A program made the position numbers and the translations under genes. Shown here in pieces: positions 11,006 through 21,021 of a stretch of 64,000 bases of DNA (within the stretch, counting starts at the first letter, position 1; every line of letters begins with the position of its first letter). The DNA is taken from contig CAVXYC010000014.1 of the NCBI GenBank assembly GCA_963765765.1, positions 1 through 64,000 of the forward strand, read 5' to 3'. Under the pieces are notes generated by a model. That model worked only from the letters and a program-made list of their open reading frames with translations. It was not told where the DNA came from and ran no database searches. This stretch comes from an uncultured Chloroflexia bacterium (lineage in GTDB: Bacteria; Chloroflexota; UBA6077; JACCZL01).

Positions 11006-12187
11006 TTAGGCGGCGGCTGGCTCGGGCTCCCAGCCCCACGAGTGTGGTCCCCATTCTGGCTCAAACGTCTCTCCGCGCTTCACCGTGACCACCGGGATAA
11101 GTGCCTTTTCCAGCGGTAGGCTCTCTCCGAGCGTGTCGTAGACCTTCCATTGGCCTTGCCGAACCTCGAGCACTGAGATGTCCGCCTGCCGACCCACAGC
11201 CATGCTCCCAAGTCGATCCTGCTCCCCGAGCGCCCGAGCGGGGTTGATCGTGACCATGCCCACCACCTGATCAAGAGTGAAGCCGAGGGCGATGAACCGG
11301 TCCATAATCTCCACCAGACTATGGACCGTGGTGAGCCGTCCCGGCACGGTGAGATCCGTGCTGATGCAGTGCGGCAACATGCCCTGATCAAGCACCCGCC
11401 GGCCCACATCGAATCCGAAATTCATGCGGCCATGGGCAGTGTCCAACCAGATCCCGCGATCCGATACCTCACGGAGCTCGGGGACGATGCGCCCGTTGGC
11501 GTCCAACACTCCGCCCGGGTTGGGCGTGAAAAGATGCGTGAGAATATCGCCCGGCTCAAGGATCGGCAGAAGCTGGCGAATGACTTCAGGGTCATAGCGT
11601 TTTTCCGTATCCCCGATATGTACCATGAGCGGTATTCTGCTCTCCCTCGCCGCTCGCTTCGCCAAACGCGGCATCTCCATACCAAAGATCTCGAGTGCTG
11701 GCGAGACCATGCGAGCTTTAATGCCGCGCACCAGGCCACGATACTTCTCCGTGGCACGAAGCGTTGCATCTATGTCGATGCTTGACTCAGCAATGATGTC
11801 CGGCGAGGTCGCGAGCCCTGTCTGACAGATATGCATCAGTGGCAGAATCTCGGTCTTCGCGCTGGGAATGATGTAGTCGGGAAACGCCTGAAACGTCGCG
11901 CACCCCGTAGTACCGGCATCGACAACCGTGGTCACACCCGCTCGTACCCCAGCTATGTCCGGATGCACGCCGTTGAGCGTGATCCCGCCCGAGACATGAC
12001 AGTGCATATCGATCAAGCCGGGCGTGATGATCGTGTTGGGCACATCCACCACGCGCACTGCTTCGGTACGAGCGATGCTCTCGGCTAGCAGAGCGATAGC
12101 GCCGCTCTGGATGGCAACATCTCGCTTCGCGTTCAGGCCTTGAGACGGATCGATGACCGTGCCACCCGTCAGTAGCAAGTCGTACAT
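11006..12187 (-). CDS. Amidohydrolase/deacetylase-family metallohydrolase (dihydroorotase-like)
   Basis: MYDLLLTGGTVIDP, PGLIDMHCH, GVTTVVDAGT, GIKAR, MVHIG, DTAHG, ISTD. Confidence 0.88.
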   Translation of the reverse strand: MYDLLLTGGTVIDPSQGLNAKRDVAIQSGAIALLAESIARTEAVRVVDVPNTIITPGLIDMHCHVSGGITLNGVHPDIAGVRAGVTTVVDAGTTGCATFQAFPDYIIPSAKTEILPLMHICQTGLATSPDIIAESSIDIDATLRATEKYRGLVRGIKARMVSPALEIFGMEMPRLAKRAARESRIPLMVHIGDTEKRYDPEVIRQLLPILEPGDILTHLFTPNPGGVLDANGRIVPELREVSDRGIWLDTAHGRMNFGFDVGRRVLDQGMLPHCISTDLTVPGRLTTVHSLVEIMDRFIALGFTLDQVVGMVTINPARALGEQDRLGSMAVGRQADISVLEVRQGQWKVYDTLGESLPLEKALIPVVTVKRGETFEPEWGPHSWGWEPEPAAA

Positions 12188-12200
12188 GGTGCCTGCCTCC

Positions 12201-12986
12201 CTAATGCCCGCTGGTCGCGTGCTCGGCCGGTCTCCCGGGACCCTCATGCTCGAATCGACGGTGAAGCGTGAGGGCCTCATGCCGTGTTCGGTAGCGCAGA
12301 TTCAGCATCTCGACGAATAGTGAGAATGTCATAGCCGCGTAGATGAATGCCTTCTCGATGTGACGACCCGCCCCTTCAGCCACCAGCGTCACACCGATGA
12401 GGAGCAGGAACGAAAGTGCCAGAATCTTTACGCTCGGGTGCCGCTCCACAAAACTGCTGATAGACGCCGCCGTGACGAGCATGACTCCAACCGCAATAAA
12501 CATGGCCAGCACCATCACGGAGATCTGGTTGGCCATGCCTACGGCGGTGATAACGGAGTCAAGTGAGAACACAATATCCATGATCAGAATCTGAATGATC
12601 ACCGATGCAAACGCCGCGCGTCCCGAGGCGGACACTCCGTCTTCTTGGTGAACTTCGAGCTTCTCGTAGATCTCGCTGGTAGCCTTATAGATTAGAAAGA
12701 GCCCACCGATGAGCAGAATCAGATCGCGGCCGGAGACCGGATGACCCAGCACGCTGAACAGTGGCGCGGTCAACCCTAGCACCCAGGAGATCGCTAGCAA
12801 GAGGCCGATGCGCATGATCAGCGCCAGTGAGAGACCGACGCTGCGAGCGCGTTGCTGTTGGTGGGCAGGCAACCGGCCGGCCAGGATACTGATGAACACG
12901 ACGTTGTCAATTCCAAGGACGATCTCCATCACCGTGAGGGTGACGAGCGACACTAAGGCATCAACTGTGAACAGCGATTCGAGCAT
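12201..12986 (-). CDS. TerC-family integral membrane protein
   Basis: MEIVLGIDNVVFI, DIVFSLDSVITAVG, HPSVKILALSFL. Confidence 0.93.
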   Translation of the reverse strand: MLESLFTVDALVSLVTLTVMEIVLGIDNVVFISILAGRLPAHQQQRARSVGLSLALIMRIGLLLAISWVLGLTAPLFSVLGHPVSGRDLILLIGGLFLIYKATSEIYEKLEVHQEDGVSASGRAAFASVIIQILIMDIVFSLDSVITAVGMANQISVMVLAMFIAVGVMLVTAASISSFVERHPSVKILALSFLLLIGVTLVAEGAGRHIEKAFIYAAMTFSLFVEMLNLRYRTRHEALTLHRRFEHEGPGRPAEHATSGH

Positions 12987-13092
12987 CGGGCAACTCCGCC
13001 ATCAATATATATCCGAGCGCAACGTGAAATGAACTCAGAAATACTTCTCCAAGCTCTCTGGAGTCCGAGCGTTACCATTCAGTGAGCCCATC

Positions 13093-13911
13093 ATGGAGAC
13101 GATCAACATGTCCACAACTACACGCTACTCCTACGGCAGTCACGAGGCGCAGATTGCCGATTTCAGCGTTCCCGCTGGCGATGGTCCGTTTCCTATTCTC
13201 ATCATGCTGCACGGCGGCGCGTTCGCCGCGGGACCAACGCTAGAACGGCTGACGCCGCTTTGCGAGGATCTGGCATCCGCGGGTTTGGCGACCTGGAACG
13301 TCGAATATCGACGTCTGGAAGGGACAGGGGGCGGCTGGCCCACCACCTGGCAGGACGCTGCCTCCGCAACCGACTTCCTGAGCAGTATCGCGACGGACCA
13401 AAAACTCGACCTGAATAGGGTAGCGGCCTTCGGGCATTCCGCTGGCGCTCCATTGGCCTTGTGGTTGGCAAGCCGGACGTCAAGGCCCCCGTTAGCTGAG
13501 CTCGGCGGCGCCCCGGCAGTCAACGTTCGAGCGGCGATCTCCGCGTCCGGGGTGTGTGACTTTGGTCGTAAGTGGCCAGAGCGACTTCAGGCAGTGTTCC
13601 AGGAGCTCATTGGCGGATCGCCTGAATCTGCGCCCGATCGATACGCGGCCATCTCCCCCGTGGAGCTCTTGCCCATTGGGGTGCCGTTGCTCCTCGTCCA
13701 TGGAACCGCCGATTCAACGGTGCCGGTTCGGTTCAGCGAGGAGTTCGCCGCATCCGCTCGCGACGCAGGCGATCACGTCGATCTACTTGTCGTTGACGGC
13801 GCCGAGCATACCGATGTGCGAGATGTGGCCGCGACACAATGGCCCGCCATTCGTTCAGCGCTCATCGATTTCGTCAACAGCGCATTGGGAATACATCTTG
13901 CCGCTGTTTAG
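13093..13911 (+). CDS. Alpha/beta hydrolase (esterase/lipase-like)
   Basis: HGGAF oxyanion motif, WNVEYRR, GHSAG nucleophile, HGTADSTVP, AEH. Confidence 0.88.
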   Translation: METINMSTTTRYSYGSHEAQIADFSVPAGDGPFPILIMLHGGAFAAGPTLERLTPLCEDLASAGLATWNVEYRRLEGTGGGWPTTWQDAASATDFLSSIATDQKLDLNRVAAFGHSAGAPLALWLASRTSRPPLAELGGAPAVNVRAAISASGVCDFGRKWPERLQAVFQELIGGSPESAPDRYAAISPVELLPIGVPLLLVHGTADSTVPVRFSEEFAASARDAGDHVDLLVVDGAEHTDVRDVAATQWPAIRSALIDFVNSALGIHLAAV

Positions 13912-14009
13912 CGTTTCAGTGAATCAGGGCACCTCGAACAGCTGGCCATGGCACTCAGGTGCCAAATCTCACATTGCGCGCGATTCAACAAGGTGGCATA
14001 TTGGGTTCT

Positions 14010-14903
14010 ATGAAGATAGGGGCCTTTGAGCTAACCGAGCCCGTTCCCGAGCTGCGGGAGCCGCACGTTCTTGCAATGATTCGCCCGTGGGTGGATGTCG
14101 GCAGCGTAGGGACGATCACCCTGCGGCGATTCGAGCGGCACTTTGGCGCAAAAGAGCTCGGCAAGCTCGAGCGTCCTGGCGTGTTCTTCGACTTCACCCG
14201 CTACCGGCCGAATACGCGCATCGTAGACGGACAACGCGTCACGACAATCCCCAACAGCCAGGTCAACTACGCTCGCACGGACGAGGGACCAGATCTGATC
14301 TTCCTCCATCTGATGGAGCCTCATGCCATGGCGGAAGATTACGTGGAATCCGTCGTTCAGGTCATCGAGCACTTTCAAGTAAAGGCCTACTGCCGCGTCG
14401 GTGCGATGTATGACTCGGTGCCGCATACCCGCCCGATCATTGTTACCGGAACATCGGGGACATTTCAGCCGAAGCCAGGGTCCACGCCGCCGCTCATCGA
14501 ACAGCGCCAGAGTCAATATGAGGGGCCCACCACCATTCTGAACCTGCTCACTGATGAGCTGACTCGTTTGGATGTGCGCACGATGAACTTCATGGCGCAC
14601 CTCCCGCACTACGCTCAAATGGATGAAGACTATGCGGGCGCCGCTCGCATGCTCCAGGTGCTGGCAGCGTACTACGACATTCCGGAAACATTGGGACCCA
14701 GTCGGCGAGGAGCGCGCCAGTATGCCGAGCTTGACGCCGCGGCGGATCGACAGCCCGAGCTAAAGTCGCTGGTGAGTCGTCTGGAGGCGTACTACGACTC
14801 CAGGTATGAAACCACGACGAATCCTGAAAAAGAGCCCGAGACACCCACTGAGCTTCCGCCCGAAATCGAGCGGTTCCTCAAGGAGCTCGATCCAGGGCCG
14901 TAG
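14010..14903 (+). CDS. PAC2 (proteasome assembly chaperone-like) family protein
   Basis: PWVDVGSVG, FFDFTRYRP, LMEPH, DSVPHTRP, YEGPT, AHLPHY. Confidence 0.85.
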   Translation: MKIGAFELTEPVPELREPHVLAMIRPWVDVGSVGTITLRRFERHFGAKELGKLERPGVFFDFTRYRPNTRIVDGQRVTTIPNSQVNYARTDEGPDLIFLHLMEPHAMAEDYVESVVQVIEHFQVKAYCRVGAMYDSVPHTRPIIVTGTSGTFQPKPGSTPPLIEQRQSQYEGPTTILNLLTDELTRLDVRTMNFMAHLPHYAQMDEDYAGAARMLQVLAAYYDIPETLGPSRRGARQYAELDAAADRQPELKSLVSRLEAYYDSRYETTTNPEKEPETPTELPPEIERFLKELDPGP

Positions 14904-14909
14904 CCCAGC

Positions 14910-15063
14910 TCACCTGGGAGCGCGGGGTCCCGCCCGTTCATCGGCCGCCGGGCCACCTCACAGCCTTGCCAGTCGCCGGCGTGGAGTCCACAGTACGGCC
15001 TCGACGGCCGAGGGGAGGGCGGGACCCCCGCGCTCCCAGGTGAATTGACGCCCGCACTCCCAG
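14910..15063. repeat. REP-like inverted pair (CCTGGGAGCGCGG family) plus a partial third unit
   Basis: TCACCTGGGAGCGCGGGGTCCCGCCC (14910-14935) inverted at 15017-15043 with one extra C; CGCCCGCACTCCCAG near 15049-15063. Confidence 0.75.
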
Positions 15064-15123
15064 AGATTCGCCCATTGTGGTTCAATAGCCAACGCTTGAA
15101 TAACTTGGACTCGTGGAGCTCAC

Positions 15124-15977
15124 ATGAAACTTGGCCGACTCGACGATGAGCGTCTGGGTCTTGTGACCGATGCGGGATTCGTGGACATCAGCACGGTGTT
15201 CTCGCCTAACCTCGCCGGCCGTACGTTGACACAATGGTTCAGCTCATCGAGCGCTGGGATGAGCTAAAGGGACCACTCATCGCACTCCAATCCTCTGAAT
15301 CAGCACTTGCATTGGATGTTTCTCGCCTTGGCCCTCCGCTACGAAGGCCGCGCAAGATCGTGAATCTGTGTACTGAGGTCAAGGATCTCCAGCCCGACCA
15401 GAAACCGCCGATCGACTGGTTCTTCAAGTCACCTGAATCGGTGACAGGGCCGTATGGTCGACTAATACTGCCGCCGCACTACGCCACAGAGTTCGTGATT
15501 GAAGCGGAGATTGCCGTGGTCATTGGCCGGCCATGCCGAAACGTGCCAGTCGATGAGGCTCACACCGTAATTTTTGGGTACACGGCGGTGCTGGACGGCA
15601 TGGGCGACGGGCTTGGACGAGGGATGGGAACCTACTTCAACAAATCCTTCGATACATTCTGCCCGATGGGCCCCACTATCCTGATCAATGAGCCCTCTCT
15701 GGACGCGGCTGCGTTCGACGTTCGTTTGAGTCTCAACGGTGCTCCGGCTGAGAGCTATTCGAGGGGCAGCCTGGCCCATTCCGTGGCCGAGCTCATCGCC
15801 GACGTGTCTACGTACTTCCAGCTTCTGCCAGGCGACGTCGTTGCATGTGGCTCGCCAACAAATAGATCCACCCGCATAGCGCACGGAGACAGTATTACCC
15901 TCGACGTCACGACAATTGGCTCCATGAGCCTCTCCGTTGATGATCCGCTCTGCCGCCATCGCGAGCGCGTGGCGTGA
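15124..15977 (+). CDS. Fumarylacetoacetate hydrolase family protein 1, frameshift ~15230
   Basis: MKLGRLDDERLG; RPRKIV, FFKSPESV, EAEIAVVIG, KSFDTFCPMGP, LLPGDVVACGSP. Confidence 0.85.
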
Positions 15978-15993
15978 GACTGGAGACACACGC

Positions 15994-16908
15994 ATGAAAA
16001 TCACGACATTTGGTGACGACTTCCGCGTCGGAATTGTCCGTGACGATGTCATCGTCGATGCAACTTCCGCTCTAGGCGAGCTCGCGAACCTGGATCCCGA
16101 AGACCGCGTCATCGGACTTATATCGGAATTTGAGTCGGTTCGACCGGCGCTAGAAGCGCTGGGTCGGGATGCGGACGGCGTGCCCCTCAGCTCTGTGCGT
16201 CTGCGAGCTCCGATACCGAGACCTCGCAAGGTGATGTGCTGCTTCGGCAACTACAAGGAATTCACCGAACGAGACCGCGCCGCGCAGGACATGTTTATGC
16301 AGTCGCCTGAGTCGGTCATCGGAATCGGAGATACGGTCAGACTGCCACCACACAAGGCGATCGCCTACCAGCATGAGGCTGAGCTAGTGATCGTCATAGG
16401 TCAACAAATTAGCAATGTTACGCCGCCGCAAGCTCGTTCGGCGATCTTCGGGTACACGTGCGGATGCGACGTCTCGGGGCGCGGGCTTGGCAAGGTTGGT
16501 CAGAACAGTCGGATGGGCAAAGCCTTTCCGGGCTTCAAGCCGTTAGGGCCATGGATCGTTACGGCGGACGAGATCCCTGATCCGCACGAGCTCGGAATTC
16601 GCCTCAGCGTGAGCGGTGAGTTACGCCAGGTTTACACCACCGATGACATGGAGTATCGGGTTCCAGAAGTGGTCTCATTCGCGAGCGGCTATACCACACT
16701 GCTCCCCGGGGATGTGATCTACTGCGGTACCAATCACCAGGGGCTTGGGCCGGTACAGGACGGTGACCACGTATCAATGGAGATCGACCGAATCGGTCGA
16801 CTCGAGTTCAACGTGGTTGATCCCCTCAAGCGAACCTGGGCACGAGAAATCGATCCCGTCATGGCCGCTCGCGCAAGAGAGGCGTTTGCTAACCCTCCAG
16901 CAAGATAA
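15994..16908 (+). CDS. Fumarylacetoacetate hydrolase family protein 2
   Basis: PRKVMCCFGNY, HEAELVIVIG, CDVSGR, PLGPWIVTADE, LLPGDVIYCGT. Confidence 0.9.
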   Translation: MKITTFGDDFRVGIVRDDVIVDATSALGELANLDPEDRVIGLISEFESVRPALEALGRDADGVPLSSVRLRAPIPRPRKVMCCFGNYKEFTERDRAAQDMFMQSPESVIGIGDTVRLPPHKAIAYQHEAELVIVIGQQISNVTPPQARSAIFGYTCGCDVSGRGLGKVGQNSRMGKAFPGFKPLGPWIVTADEIPDPHELGIRLSVSGELRQVYTTDDMEYRVPEVVSFASGYTTLLPGDVIYCGTNHQGLGPVQDGDHVSMEIDRIGRLEFNVVDPLKRTWAREIDPVMAARAREAFANPPAR

Positions 16909-17218
16909 GCTGAGCGCCCCAAGGTACGTGAGCGCTTCAGTGCTTTTTCACGAGAAGCCGAGTCCAGATGGCTGTGAGGAAGCTCCAAAGCGCTGACTGC
17001 ATGCTTGTTGAACGTGTGTAAGCGCTCATGCATCGCGGGGCCTGATGGCTCGCTGACGAACCTCGGTCCGTAGGGCTTTCCGCGTCCGGAGATTATTCAC
17101 TCACGACCGGCCCAACAGGGCCGGTCTGTCGTTCTACTGCAACTGAGAACGCGCGTTTGTATTCCTCGCGCATTTCTGACTCTTGGCATTAGGATTTACA
17201 GAACGTGGAGGGAGTCAG

Positions 17219-17920
17219 ATGACTTTGGATAGCGCGGCGGTCATAGTCAATCGTCCTCGCATCCTCGTTGTCGATGATGATCCCAAGATCACGGCATTTC
17301 TGCGCCGGGCACTCGCCTATGAGGGCTACCGTGTGGATACGGCCGGGACCGGAAGCCAGGCCCTGGACGTGGCGCGTGACAACCCGGCCGACCTGGTCAT
17401 CCTCGACGTCATGCTTCCTGGTCTTGACGGACTCGAGGTATCCCGGCGATTGCGGGCCGGCGGCGATGTGCCAGTGCTCATGCTGACTGCCCGAGATGGA
17501 ATTCGTGACCGCGTCAAAGGTCTCGATAGCGGAGCGGACGATTACCTGGTGAAGCCGTTTGCCCTCGAAGAGCTCCTTGCACGGGCCCGGGCGCTACTTC
17601 GCAGGCGGGATTCCGATGGGCGGCCGCTGCTCAGATTTGCCGATCTCTGGGCCGATACAGCGGCACGCCAGGCAGGACGCGGCCAGGTGGGTATCGATCT
17701 ACGAAACAAAGAATTCGAGCTCCTGGTCTATTTTCTTCGACACCCGCGGCGCGTAGTGTCACAGCGGGCATTACTCGAGGAGATCTGGGGCTGGGACTTT
17801 GAAGGCGAGTCCAATGTGGTCGAAGTAACCGTTGGAAGCCTTCGTCGCAAGCTGGAGATCGGCGGTCTGGTGCGCATCATCCACACGGTGCGACACGCCG
17901 GGTATGTGTTGAGAGAGTGA
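17219..17920 (+). CDS. OmpR/MprA-family response regulator
   Basis: ILVVDDD, LVILDVMLPG, LTARD, GADDYLVKPF, winged-helix NVVEV...LRRKLE...IHTVRHAGY. Confidence 0.95.
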   Translation: MTLDSAAVIVNRPRILVVDDDPKITAFLRRALAYEGYRVDTAGTGSQALDVARDNPADLVILDVMLPGLDGLEVSRRLRAGGDVPVLMLTARDGIRDRVKGLDSGADDYLVKPFALEELLARARALLRRRDSDGRPLLRFADLWADTAARQAGRGQVGIDLRNKEFELLVYFLRHPRRVVSQRALLEEIWGWDFEGESNVVEVTVGSLRRKLEIGGLVRIIHTVRHAGYVLRE

Positions 17921-17922
17921 GC

Positions 17923-19407
17923 ATGTCAGGCCTTCGCATCCCCGCTCTCTCGGTCCGCATGCGACTGACACTCTGGTATTCAGCCGTCCTGATCATCTCG
18001 CTCGTCAGCTTTGCAGCCGTCGTCTATACGACGCTGGCACGGACCCTCGAGCGAGAGGTGGACAACGGCCTTGTTGATCAAGCGCGCGATGTCGTCTCAA
18101 ACATGGTTGTATTCCAGGCTTCAAATGAGGGTGCCTGGCAAGCGGTGCTGCCGCATCTCGACGTGTTCGGTGCACCTTCCTTGTTCGTCCAGATGATTAG
18201 CGCCGCGGGTGAAGTCACCACGCGGTCGCTCAACCTTTCCGAAGCCGAGCTTCCTGTGAGCGCGGCCACGGTGGATACGATGAATACCGGCCAGGCCAGT
18301 TTCGAGACTGTGGCAGTTGAAGGGCGCACACTTCGTATCTACAGCATTCCGCTGTACGTGCAGGGGCGCCCGATCGCGGTGCTTCAAGTGGGCCGATCAC
18401 TGGCGCCGATTGAAGAAGCGCTCGGAAACTTGCAGAACACTTTGCTGATTGTGGCCGCTGCCAGCCTTGGTATCGCGGGTCTGGCGGGCTGGTTTCTAGG
18501 CGGAGCGGCACTCCGTCCACTTGATCAGCTCAGCTCCGCCGCGGCAGCAATCGGTGAATCCCAGGACTTCAATCGTCGCGTGGCTCACTCGGGCGCGCGT
18601 GATCAGATTGGCCGACTCGCAGAGACTTTCAATGAGATGCTTGAGCGCTTGCAGGATGCCTACAGCCGATTGGAATCAGCAAATCGGGGCCTGGCCTCAG
18701 CTCTGGACGCTCAGCGCAGGTTCATCGCCGATGCATCGCACGAGCTCCGCACGCCGTTGACGGCCATCCGCGGCAACGTCGGCCTCCTCCAGCGAGTCAC
18801 CGATCTCTCTCCCCGCGACCGAGAAGAGACACTGGGAGATCTTTCATCTGAAGTTGAGCGCATGAGCCGCCTCGTGAACGACCTGTTGCTCCTTGCGCGA
18901 GCCGATGCGGGTGCACACCTTCGACTAGGCCCCGTGGATCTTGCTCCAGTGCTTCGAACCGCAGTTCGGGAGGCACGCTTCCTTTCGGATGGCGTGACTG
19001 TTCGGCTGGAGAACGCCCCGGAAGAGGTCTGGGTAAACGGGGATGCCGACCGACTTACGCAAGTCCTGCTGATTCTGCTGGACAACGCGGTTAAATATAC
19101 GCCTGGCGGAGGCCACGTGGTGGTCCGTGCGGAGCTGGAAGGCGAGCGCGTTCGCGTAATGATCAACGATACCGGTGTAGGAATCTCCACAGACGAGCTT
19201 CCGCGCGTGTTCGACCGATTTTTCCGCGGAGATCGTGCGCGTCCTATGGACGGCTCTGGCCTTGGCCTCTCCATTGCCCGCTGGATCGTGGATGAGCATC
19301 GTGGAATTATTCGAATTCAAAGCACGCCAAACAATGGCACGGCGGCAACGCTTTCTTTTCCCGCCATCGAAGCACCAGTCGATGCGCAGCTCGCGCTCGT
19401 GAGCTAA
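17923..19407 (+). CDS. HAMP-domain sensor histidine kinase
   Basis: Two TM segments, HAMP, H-box FIADASHELRTPLT, N-box LLDNAVKY, G-boxes DTGVG and GSGLGLSI. Confidence 0.95.
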   Translation: MSGLRIPALSVRMRLTLWYSAVLIISLVSFAAVVYTTLARTLEREVDNGLVDQARDVVSNMVVFQASNEGAWQAVLPHLDVFGAPSLFVQMISAAGEVTTRSLNLSEAELPVSAATVDTMNTGQASFETVAVEGRTLRIYSIPLYVQGRPIAVLQVGRSLAPIEEALGNLQNTLLIVAAASLGIAGLAGWFLGGAALRPLDQLSSAAAAIGESQDFNRRVAHSGARDQIGRLAETFNEMLERLQDAYSRLESANRGLASALDAQRRFIADASHELRTPLTAIRGNVGLLQRVTDLSPRDREETLGDLSSEVERMSRLVNDLLLLARADAGAHLRLGPVDLAPVLRTAVREARFLSDGVTVRLENAPEEVWVNGDADRLTQVLLILLDNAVKYTPGGGHVVVRAELEGERVRVMINDTGVGISTDELPRVFDRFFRGDRARPMDGSGLGLSIARWIVDEHRGIIRIQSTPNNGTAATLSFPAIEAPVDAQLALVS

Positions 19408-19532
19408 TCCATCAAACTGAATGAGACTGGTAGTGAACGCCTTAGCCGTTCTGCCAAATTCGTGTAAGTCTGCCACTACATAGAACCACCACCAGGGCAG
19501 TACGACATATATCCGACGAATCCTGAGAATTT

Positions 19533-19585
19533 TTATCTCGATTTCAGGAGCGTTTCACTTTGGGGTCATCTCAGGACCGTAACAT
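19533..19585 (+). promoter_or_regulatory. Candidate OmpR-type tandem boxes and -10 element upstream of Zn-ribbon gene
   Basis: TCA at 19544, 19555, 19566 (TTA at 19533), 11-bp period; TAACAT at 19580-19585. Confidence 0.35.
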
Positions 19586-19636
19586 CGTCATAGCAGCCAC
19601 GCCGCGACGACGGAGTACGCGGTGTGCGGGGGAGAT

Positions 19637-19912
19637 ATGGATACGCTGCGCATGCTGCGGTCTGAAGTGTCGTGCTATCACTGTGGCCACTCGGTCGGTA
19701 CCCTGGAAGGGCCCCTCGGCGGACCGTACACGCGATTCATTCCATTTGGGGGTCAGGGGCCGGTCTCTCCTCCGCGGTCGCTGCGTTGCAGCCGCTGTGG
19801 TGGGCCAACGTTGGCAGAGCAGCCCAATCTGGTCATGATCCACCCTGCAGTTCCATTCGGTAGGCAGCGACCTGGGCGGAAGCCTCGTGTTGCTGTAGCG
19901 CAAGCCGTCTGA
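19637..19912 (+). CDS. Small Zn-ribbon protein with AT-hook-like basic tail
   Basis: GGAG RBS; CYHC and CSRC pairs; RQRPGRKPR; followed by terminator. Confidence 0.75.
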   Translation: MDTLRMLRSEVSCYHCGHSVGTLEGPLGGPYTRFIPFGGQGPVSPPRSLRCSRCGGPTLAEQPNLVMIHPAVPFGRQRPGRKPRVAVAQAV

Positions 19913-19937
19913 TAATCGACGCAACGGTGCGTCATCG

Positions 19938-19973
19938 AAACGAGCGAGGCCCCCGCCTCGCTCGTTTTTCTTT
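19938..19973 (+). terminator. Rho-independent terminator
   Basis: AAACGAGCGAGGC-CCCC-GCCTCGCTCGTTT followed by TTCTTT. Confidence 0.85.
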
Positions 19974-20064
19974 GTCCTCAATTCGCGCCTCATTGCCTGC
20001 GCGGTATAGTCCCGCCTGAGGCGCGCCTGCAGCACGCCCGACAATCATTGAGGATTCAACGGCG

Positions 20065-20982
20065 ATGCGAACGATCGTACTGGGAACTGGTGGGGTTGGC
20101 GGCTATTTTGGGGGCCTCATGGCTCGGGCCGGGCAAGAGATTGGCTTCATAGCTCGCGGAGCTCACCTGGACGCGCTAAAAAAGAACGGGCTCAGTGTCC
20201 GGAGCGCTAAGAGCGGTGACTTCCAGGTTCCAATACGGGCAGCGGAGTCGGCCGTCGAGCTGGGCGAGGCTGATCTTGTGCTCTTTTGCGTCAAGAGCTA
20301 TGACACAGCGGCCGCGGCCGAAAGCATTCGGCCAGTGATGCGCCCGGATACCGCTGTTATCTCCCTGCAGAACGGCGTGGATAACGAAGAGGCCATTGAC
20401 TCAGTATTGGGTCCCGGCCATGTGATGGGTGGCGTGGCTTACATCGAATCGACGATCGCCGAGCCCGGTGTCATAGCGCAGATGAGTGGGCTCTGTCGCC
20501 TGGCCTTCGGTGAGCTCAACGGCGACCGGTCTGAGCGCGCTGAACGCATTGACGCCGAGTTTCGCGCGGCCGCGATCGATGCCGTCTGGGCCGAGGACAT
20601 CAATCAAACGCTATGGCTGAAGTTCATGTTCATCAGCGCGATGGCAGGCGTGACAACGTTGACAGGCCAACCAATTGGGCCCATCGCGCAAACGCCGGAG
20701 TCAGCTGCTGTTCTGCGGGCCGTGATCGAAGAAGTTGCCGCCGTCGGACGAGCCGCGGGCGTGAACATCTCCGACAAGCACATTGAGGTTACGTACGACA
20801 ACGCGGTGAAGGCACCAGCTGCCATGAAGTCTTCCATGCAGAGAGACATGGAACGTGGACGGGCAATTGAGCTGGAGGCGCTCAATGGAGCGGTCGTCCG
20901 TATCGGCGTTCGGTGCGGCGTTCCGACGCCAGTGAACTCAACAATTCACGGCTGCATCACCGTGATGGCGTCGCAGCGCTGA
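20065..20982 (+). CDS. panE: 2-dehydropantoate 2-reductase (ApbA/PanE family)
   Basis: GTGGVGGYFG, VKSYD, SLQNG, WLKF, SSMQRD...ELEALNG. Confidence 0.9.
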   Translation: MRTIVLGTGGVGGYFGGLMARAGQEIGFIARGAHLDALKKNGLSVRSAKSGDFQVPIRAAESAVELGEADLVLFCVKSYDTAAAAESIRPVMRPDTAVISLQNGVDNEEAIDSVLGPGHVMGGVAYIESTIAEPGVIAQMSGLCRLAFGELNGDRSERAERIDAEFRAAAIDAVWAEDINQTLWLKFMFISAMAGVTTLTGQPIGPIAQTPESAAVLRAVIEEVAAVGRAAGVNISDKHIEVTYDNAVKAPAAMKSSMQRDMERGRAIELEALNGAVVRIGVRCGVPTPVNSTIHGCITVMASQR

Positions 20983-21021
20983 CGATCTAGTTAGCATAGG
21001 TTCAGAAGGGGACATCGCTCC

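Noticed and set aside
17040-17130. Possible c-di-GMP-I riboswitch on the minus strand (GACGCGGAAAGCCCTACGG)
   Set aside because: Lacks the GGCAAA/GNRA P2 stem and has no downstream gene on that strand
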